Origin: Cupriavidus necator
Lineage (GTDB): Bacteria > Pseudomonadota > Gammaproteobacteria > Burkholderiales > Burkholderiaceae
DNA: 32,000 bases
Assembly (NCBI RefSeq): GCF_016127575.1
Contig: NZ_CP066019.1
Coordinates: 2,520,001 to 2,552,000, forward strand
Direction: 5' to 3'
Each line of letters opens with the position of its first letter. The stretch's first letter is position 1. Positions 28,201 through 32,000 of the stretch are shown here, one piece after another. Both the position numbers and the translations under genes were made by a program. The notes beneath the pieces were generated by a model, which was not told the DNA's origin, did not search any database, and saw only the letters and a program-made list of their open reading frames with translations.

Positions 28201-29558
28201 AGTCCGACGCCGACGCCATCGGGCAAAAGTTTGCCGCTGCCGAGGCGATCCAGATTGATCAGCATCGCTGCGCTGGCGGCCACAATCGCCTTCGTGTCGC
28301 CGGATTCGATTGCCTGGATCAGGGACAGCATGCTTTGGACGCTGCCAAGCGCGTCCACAGGGCTTATTGCCTCTGGCACGGGTGTGGGCTGCGAGTCAGG
28401 CCGCGTATCATGCTCGTCGAATGGCAGACCACCGATAGCTGGGCCTGTCAGGTCCAGCTCACCGCCTGCGCTAACAGTGACCATCTCACCATGCAAGCCA
28501 GTAAGGCGGACATTACCGTCGTCGGTTGCCACAGTAGCAAGCACATTGCGCTGCCCATCCACCAGCACTAGTGTGCCGTCTCCGAGAGTGTAGAGGGTAA
28601 CGTCCCTGCCATAGAGATGCTCAATGGTGCCTTGCCAGTGGGCGGCCCGCTCAGCAAAAGCCTGATGTTGAGCGGCAAGCATTTCCTCTGTAGGCGTAGC
28701 TGCATCGGAATGCGTGCCACTATGGTCAGCAAGCTGAATGCGATCCCCACCAAGCCCAGCTAGCGCATTGCCAACACCGATAGCGCCGCGGGCGTCCGAG
28801 AACGGCAACCTATCGAGCAATTGCTTGAATTGATCTTGGACATGACTGCCAATTTCCCGCAAGGTATTGGCTGCATCCACTCCCATGGATTCGAAGAAGC
28901 CTGCCTGGTCGATTCGACCAACAGCATCCATGAAATTCTGCAACTCTTTCCCGGACGCTATGCCCGGTGCCTTTTCCAGCCAATCGCTTGCCATGGCGCG
29001 CACCACCGGATCAGGCGAGGTCGATGCGCCGTACATGAACGCCAGCGTGGCGGTGTTGGCCGCAAGTGCGTCGCTGTAACCACCACCCGTGTCGCGCAGC
29101 ATGCTCCAGAACCGCTCGACTTGTGCCGGGCCACCCATTTTCTCCATCAGGCGGAAGGGGGTATCTAGGGTCCAGGCGGAAGGGGGAAGACCATTGTCTT
29201 TGAAGACCTGGCGGTGAAAGTTCCAGACTTCCCTGCTATCGATGTCACGTGTGACAGGCAGACTACCGTCGATAGTCTGTTGATACAGCGCATCAAGATA
29301 GCCTTTTGCCATGTCCAGCTTAATCTTCTCAACCTGCGCCCCAGTCAACGGCCTCCCCAGGTCCTTGGCAGTGTTGTGCATATACGTCAGCGCTGAGGCG
29401 CCGGCGATACTAGTGGCGTCGGCCACACCACCGGCCCAGCCTGAGTACTTGTATCCGTAGCCTTCGAGCCGGCTATAGACTTGCGACGGAGTAAGCGTGC
29501 CTGCGTTAAGCTGAAACCTAATATCTTTCAACGACCGTGCAGATATCGGATTTGGCAT
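22278..29558 (-). CDS. giant (2426 aa) T1SS substrate: putative acylated pore-forming toxin or adhesin with cadherin-like repeats and DxDxDG calcium modules
   Basis: Single uninterrupted ORF immediately upstream of the hlyB/hlyD-like genes. Hydrophobic Gly/Ala-rich region at aa ~400-590. Seven ~99-aa repeats with the pattern PVNDAP...EDT...LLANDxDVD...HGTV...DG...F.P...YFG.ASF.Y.VSDG.GG. Two modules rich in DVNGDG, DVNHDG, DTDGDG, DADGDG and DTNGDG motifs. No N-terminal signal peptide. Acidic overall, with a 111-aa C-terminal tail. Confidence 0.9.
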   Translation of the reverse strand: MPNPISARSLKDIRFQLNAGTLTPSQVYSRLEGYGYKYSGWAGGVADATSIAGASALTYMHNTAKDLGRPLTGAQVEKIKLDMAKGYLDALYQQTIDGSLPVTRDIDSREVWNFHRQVFKDNGLPPSAWTLDTPFRLMEKMGGPAQVERFWSMLRDTGGGYSDALAANTATLAFMYGASTSPDPVVRAMASDWLEKAPGIASGKELQNFMDAVGRIDQAGFFESMGVDAANTLREIGSHVQDQFKQLLDRLPFSDARGAIGVGNALAGLGGDRIQLADHSGTHSDAATPTEEMLAAQHQAFAERAAHWQGTIEHLYGRDVTLYTLGDGTLVLVDGQRNVLATVATDDGNVRLTGLHGEMVTVSAGGELDLTGPAIGGLPFDEHDTRPDSQPTPVPEAISPVDALGSVQSMLSLIQAIESGDTKAIVAASAAMLINLDRLGSGKLLPDGVGVGLNALAAGLNLFNAIQDGNGLGIAAASTNLGSQAAAIYANALKEQGIVAFQAESASAGTLLDSAATTGQIAGGLALVASIVTLVMAIEDGNEYQVAGAALSTIAAGMTVAGYTSYCPPVAFAAIAVTMIGSMLSAKDLPTLEGEATAVWNPDGSIHVLKTTDAEDGGATPANILQSLIDALQVSLAQQVDANGNPLYAIIPQRLPTIGYLFDPDGARLNDNGGQLYLKWIDDNGQEQRRYYDGAGLRYDTSQATIAQQFMQQAFAAIVPAWEAESVLAHMRESGVVTAPATGSIEENRSRAGLQLHSPDWHEAKADAGMPEADADGIRQHFTALTVDLKPELPAGVNPGRIGKNVDLDGYIEQTDWVNANQGILSIDVNGDGRIGQNEILTNDPDASAAHARNSVQWLDVNHDGKLDTSDPAFAALGIWLDVNRNGQTDQGEFASFLDRGIASLDFTSTPPVLRAADGSVMMVTEHHLTADVRGDAYQVAFVDTDGDGRLDAFAGMLHAKEGGETVLNAVVTHDYTGEAGHTHGGVALEDASAEMQVAEGDSRIKTASDKQHEQTLAEDAIVAGDDRVADGEGTTPVGRATATRVEPDDSRLTSKDPNPGRPAQRTDTVRPADGRVTSAPPASPTDAFAAIRDQWIKSSDSLFAGTGALLGVAAGAVTGVANAAEGGGQPDAPAPAIDTTGNNTISRLPVELGTTVDSPDQPQPTVAQPPFVQVPVNALPPATRPVGSEATLGSPVEVTLDLIRSVPAVGVNYDAASDDTILTTTPGRVAAGPNGEDIQIIAPDVADEQVAGIEDTRYAIDAAVLLANDTSRDVLTQPLRLINVYGGENGTVTLTLLPDGSQRIVFTPDPDYWGPARFRYTVEDEYGLQATGRVYLDIAPVNDAPVTAGETAAFDEDTGLLFTSGQLLANDFDVDTPTIGDVLSILRVSNATHGLVALDAHGNVRFLPDQDYFGPASFVYWVSDGNGGLTPATVNLEIRPVNDVPVVAGETVATDEDTILLIEQATLLANDWDVDNPHSDLTVFSVRNGQHGTVELTPEGQIRFVPEQDFFGTATFFYTVYDGAGGYTEAMATVDLAPVNDAPIVTGEDFRGNEDEVAAFTAASLLANDRDVDDAQATLTLVAVGNAQHGEVRLNADGAVTFIPEADYFGAASFEYTVSDPHGAITTGRVDIDLAPVNDAPRLRDDVIASNEDTALTIDVAALLANDTDVDNPPEALSITRVNGATHGTVSLNPDGTIRFVPDPNFFGDASFTYEVSDGVGGVSTATATIHVAPVNDAPIANDNIVDGRRGVAITLTAAALLADDFDIDNPHGDLRIVGVSGAEHGTVRLNADGSVTFLPEPGFGGYPGAQGHFTYTISDGVGGFAMATTTINLEKINTTPVAVDDGFSGYENTPFVINTAQFLANDADPDGDALAVTQVANAQHGTVEIQADGQVRFTPDHDFYGQASFQYLVSDPYGGQTWATAFLHVEHVNKAPIIESVEYGRAIFGYYVGPPVVVGKAAPGAGAGSAGQYVYSDGPVFQPVYDEALALSLNLQGQLFDAGGRPYTPSHYQNGMLKPLALDQMDGDYFFAGASYESDRVLVPANDPRRETGRIIAYDPDGDTAAIVISIVQAPQHGYAYANTYRETEYGFEHSGELVSRYANWQYESHAGDPYTGTDAFTIRIADAQGAFMDVVINATHKGTNASGGYTPLVIDLNGNGVELLAADQSNVRADANHDGQPEQIGWAAATDGVLGFDADGDGKIIVEETRLTNFAPGTKTDLEALATFDTNGDGRISKEDAAWSQFKVVQDVNGNGEFSEAEHKTLDQAGIASIALQRQGEAHLDHGNVVFGTVEVTHTDGSKSEAADVMFAGKDVPLPGFALYLEEVQQGIAPNEPIDAAFAADAVAQLLATAETPSSACPYPPHSAEAVQWSCLQWNKLLTTADGSQAPGGFVPPREDTLAEMMDRAAQASAVDLGMGQPS
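23745..25826 (-). repeat. seven diverged in-frame tandem repeats of ~297 bp (cadherin-like domains)
   Basis: The reverse complement of the PVNDAP codons (..catcattgac..) recurs at about 24350, 24650, 24938, 25230 and 25530. Degenerate copies lie near 24040 (INTTPV) and 23750 (VNKAP). This corresponds to aa 1245-1938 of the giant ORF. Confidence 0.85.
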
Positions 29559-29570
29559 GAGCAGACCGTC

Positions 29571-30455
29571 TTATCGCTGTTGAAGAGTAGGCGTGGCGGC
29601 GGGCTCGCCGGGCTGCACCCGGAAACCTAGGATCAATTCACGTGCCTTACGTTCGTATTCCATCCACTGACTCAACGTACGGGCATCGTATTGGAGATTC
29701 ACTTCGGCCTTCATTGAGGGATAGAGAGAAAAGCGATGGATGCAGACATTGCGCGGACTTTCCTCGAACGGCTCCCCATTTGCGTTGCATTCAATGAATG
29801 ACACGTCCTTGCCATCATTCGTAAAGAAGAACAGGCGATCCCTCGATACAACAGGACCACTCGGATAACGCACAATCTCTTCGGATCTGTACTCGGCTAG
29901 TCCATAGCGTGTCTCGGGCTGCCGGTCGTATCGCCTATTGCGGAACCTGGCAAGCCCCTTAACTGTGACATGCTGATCGTAGGGATTGCCTAGCACCATC
30001 TTTTCTTTATGTACGTTCAGTGATTGATTGGCGCTCACCCCAATCGGCAGCCATTCCTCTGGCCCCTCCATCGACTTCTGCGCTCGGTAGTAACTTGCCT
30101 CGTTCGCCGCCGTCCTCGGCGCAAAGTCCGGCAGATGCACCATCAGGGGTAGTGAATTGATCTTCGAAGCAAAGGTGCGCACCGGCGCCTTCCAGTTGCG
30201 ACGCTCTGGATCAAATACACTCGGATCTCCTTCGTACTCGGTCACCAAGTGGGTGTAGTTCAGCGGGACGGAAACCGGCACACCGCCAAGGTCACCAATA
30301 ATCGGATCACGTCCCCGTGGAAGATCAAAGGGACCGGCCCATGCAGCCAAGCGCGCATTAATGGCCACCATAGCAACTGCAATGAGCAGCAACATAGGCG
30401 CCGCATACATCAGGCAGCGGCGAACTGATCGTTTCATTGATGAACTATTCAACAT
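29571..30455 (-). CDS. membrane-anchored protein of unknown function, first gene of the T1SS locus
   Basis: 294-aa ORF (an alternative ATG lies at 30437) in a ~47-48% GC stretch where chance ORFs of this length are unlikely. One N-terminal TM/signal-anchor: RRCLMYAAPMLLLIAVAMVAINARLAAWAG. The remainder is hydrophilic with mixed charge. Its stop lies 12 nt before the toxin ATG. I recognise no family. Confidence 0.6.
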   Translation of the reverse strand: MLNSSSMKRSVRRCLMYAAPMLLLIAVAMVAINARLAAWAGPFDLPRGRDPIIGDLGGVPVSVPLNYTHLVTEYEGDPSVFDPERRNWKAPVRTFASKINSLPLMVHLPDFAPRTAANEASYYRAQKSMEGPEEWLPIGVSANQSLNVHKEKMVLGNPYDQHVTVKGLARFRNRRYDRQPETRYGLAEYRSEEIVRYPSGPVVSRDRLFFFTNDGKDVSFIECNANGEPFEESPRNVCIHRFSLYPSMKAEVNLQYDARTLSQWMEYERKARELILGFRVQPGEPAATPTLQQR

Positions 30456-30988
30456 ACTGCAGCCTACTCTTTACTCTCATGATGAGCACATCAGCAGCAC
30501 CCCAAAAATCTGATTGCGGATATCGTCTTTGGCATGTAATCGTTCCTTACTCTCAAAGCTTGAGTGCAACGCACTCACCCAAGGCCACCAGCGAACCGAA
30601 ACTTGGGAGAGCGCTGGAACAGGCCCCTAAGAATCCCGGCGCACGCATCATACCAAATCCACTTTCCGGATCATGCGGGAATATTCCCCAAGAACTACCG
30701 GAAGATTCGGAAAATAAATAATAAGATCAGAAATTAAATTCTCTAATACCAGTCCGGGGATCGAGTCCATGCTGGGTCGCGCCAGGATACCGCGAGCGAT
30801 CCGGCCCACTCCTTTGTTTATGGCAATTGTTTACATTTGCTCTTGACATGTCCTACAGCGCGCTCTTGAACAACTCCAGCGGCACACAGTCGCGATGCTT
30901 GTCGTTCGGCTATATTGCAGCGCCGCCCTCAGAATGGGTCGTGGCCGAGCCTGTGCAGTCGATGCCGGGAATAGCGTTGTCGCGGGCC

Positions 30989-31765
30989 CTATTGCACATG
31001 CGCCGCGAACCCCACTGCCCCCGGCTCAACCTCCTCACGCAGCGTCAGTTGCGGAATCCGGTAGTCCCCCGCGTTCTGCCGCCGGAAGGGGATCGGTGCG
31101 GTCGTCCCCAGCATATCCAGCCGCTGGCCCAATTCCTCGCGAATCCCCGCAAAGCGCGCCTCATCAACCTTGCTGGTCCGATACACCAGGTACGGCGGCA
31201 GCACGTCAGACCCGGGGTAGTACAGGATTCCGTGATGGATCGGGAACAGGATGTCGTCGATCGGGCCATTGATCCCGCGCGGGCTGTAGTGCGACTCCCA
31301 GCCGCCGGTCGTGACAATCAGCATGGCACGCTTGCCGGCGAGGCTGCCCTCGCCATAGCGGTCGCCCCAGCGCTCGTCGGAGTGCTCACCCACGCCGTAG
31401 GCAAAACCATAGGCATAGACGCGCTCGACCCAGCCCTTCAGGATGGCCGGCATCGAGAACCACCACAGCGGGAACTGCAGGATCACGGCGTCGGCCCAGC
31501 GCAGCTTTTCCTGCTCATGCGCAATGTCATCGCTCTGCAGCCCGTTCTCGAAGGCGTGCTTGGAATCCAGTGACGGGTGGAAGGGTGCGTTGCCCGGCTG
31601 CGCCTTGGTGTCGGCGCCGTCGAGCTGGGCCTTCCACTGCATCGCATACAGGTCCGAGACCTGGACCTGGTGCCCGGCATCGCGCAAGCGCTGCACGGCA
31701 AAGTCGCGGATCGCGCCGTTAAGCGACCTCGGTTCCGGGTGGGCATACACAAGCAATACGTTCAT
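30989..31765 (-). CDS. NAD(P)H dehydrogenase (quinone)-like flavodoxin-fold oxidoreductase
   Basis: Lies in ORF 30989..31780. The ATG at 31765 gives MNVLLVYAHPEPRSLNGAIRDFAV. The motifs WADAVILQFPLWWFSMPAILKGWVERV and GKRAMLIVTTGG are typical of the NQO1/MdaB-type Flavodoxin_2 family. Confidence 0.85.
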   Translation of the reverse strand: MNVLLVYAHPEPRSLNGAIRDFAVQRLRDAGHQVQVSDLYAMQWKAQLDGADTKAQPGNAPFHPSLDSKHAFENGLQSDDIAHEQEKLRWADAVILQFPLWWFSMPAILKGWVERVYAYGFAYGVGEHSDERWGDRYGEGSLAGKRAMLIVTTGGWESHYSPRGINGPIDDILFPIHHGILYYPGSDVLPPYLVYRTSKVDEARFAGIREELGQRLDMLGTTAPIPFRRQNAGDYRIPQLTLREEVEPGAVGFAAHVQ

Positions 31766-31816
31766 GACAGCGGCTTCCAATGATTGAGTGAACCCAGCAT
31801 AGGCCGTCGTCAGCTA

Positions 31817-31831
31817 TATTAGAAATGAATA
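31817..31831. promoter_or_regulatory. candidate LysR box
   Basis: TATT-AGAAATG-AATA is a 4-bp inverted repeat with T-N11-A geometry. It sits in the 87-bp divergent region between the oxidoreductase and the LysR gene. Confidence 0.3.
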
Positions 31832-31852
31832 TCCAATATCCCAGGTATTGTC

Positions 31853-32000
31853 ATGAATAATCTCAGACGGCTGGACCTGAACCTGCTGGTGACGCTGGAT
31901 GTGCTGCTGTCCGAGCACAACGTGACCCGCGCGGCGCAGCGGCTGCACCTGTCGCAGCCTTCGGTCAGCGTCCACTTGTCGAGGCTGCGCGATTACTTCG
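31853..32000 (+). CDS. LysR-family transcriptional regulator (5' fragment, runs off the window)
   Basis: Not in the ORF track. My own translation from the ATG at 31853 gives [49 protein letters not shown], a classic LysR wHTH. Confidence 0.8.
   Translation, partial: MNNLRRLDLNLLVTLDVLLSEHNVTRAAQRLHLSQPSVSVHLSRLRDYF

Larger units (their letters stand above)
16855..30790 (-). other. accessory T1SS toxin segment (putative genomic islet; no mobility genes seen)
   Basis: Six co-directional genes of one functional system sit between unrelated housekeeping-type genes. The distal ~2.2 kb is markedly lower in GC than the flanks (hand counts are given in the findings). The boundaries are approximate. 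Confidence 0.45.

Noticed and set aside
22278-29558. Canonical RTX GGxGxDxUx nonapeptide repeats in the giant substrate
   Set aside because: I scanned every GG dipeptide in the translation (GGQLYL, GGETVL, GGVALE, GGGQPD, GGENGT, GGLTPA, GGYTEA, GGVSTA, GGYPGA, GGFAMA, GGQTWA, GGRPYT, GGYTPL and so on). None fits GGxGxD, so I do not call it a classical RTX-repeat protein.
28569-29558. A LapA-type N-terminal retention module with a LapG cleavage site in the giant protein, with the upstream gene acting as the LapG protease
   Set aside because: I see no TAAG-like di-alanine cleavage motif near the N-terminus. The upstream 294-aa protein lacks the Cys-His-Asp transglutaminase-like motifs I associate with LapG. 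No LapD-like GGDEF/EAL gene is present.
16855-30790. Calling the toxin segment a mobile element
   Set aside because: I found no integrase, transposase, IS ends or flanking direct repeats in the window. Only a degenerate tRNA-like remnant and a partial GC shift are present. I therefore report it as an accessory segment rather than a mobile element.

Overview
This is a high-GC chromosome segment. Hand counts of sampled 60-nt lines give about 58-68% GC outside one low-GC patch. The Bug/TctC-type binding protein, several LysR regulators and a DUF2905 protein suggest a betaproteobacterium. Cupriavidus/Ralstonia-like is my guess and is not verified.

Positions 1-16.8 kb hold ordinary genes:
- a small membrane protein and a methyl-accepting chemotaxis protein
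- a divergent LysR/MFS pair
- a NarL-type two-component system whose kinase has a 7TM-receptor-type N-terminus
- a four-gene envelope lipoprotein operon (LpoB-like, YcfL-like, an unknown lipoprotein, a TPR-like secreted protein)
- an OB-fold lipoprotein and a BON-domain stress protein
- a LysR/amidase/Bug-binding-protein unit

Positions 16.86-30.46 kb are the part worth attention. Six co-directional minus-strand genes form a type I secretion toxin locus with an unusual layout:
- an unknown membrane-anchored protein
- a 2426-aa substrate
- a HlyB-type ABC exporter
- a HlyD-type adaptor
- a TolC-type gene that looks internally deleted and frameshifted
- a HlyC/CyaC-type toxin-activating lysine acyltransferase

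The giant substrate has a hydrophobic Gly/Ala-rich region, seven cadherin-like ~99-aa repeats and two DxDxDG calcium modules. I found no canonical GGxGxD RTX nonapeptide. Its first ~320 codons, the upstream unknown gene and the leader form a visibly lower-GC cassette (about 42-53% in sampled lines).

Positions 30.99-32.0 kb hold an NAD(P)H quinone oxidoreductase-like gene divergent from a truncated LysR gene.

I saw no rRNA, intact tRNA, CRISPR array, transposase or integrase. All family assignments come from reading the translations by eye; no searches were run.
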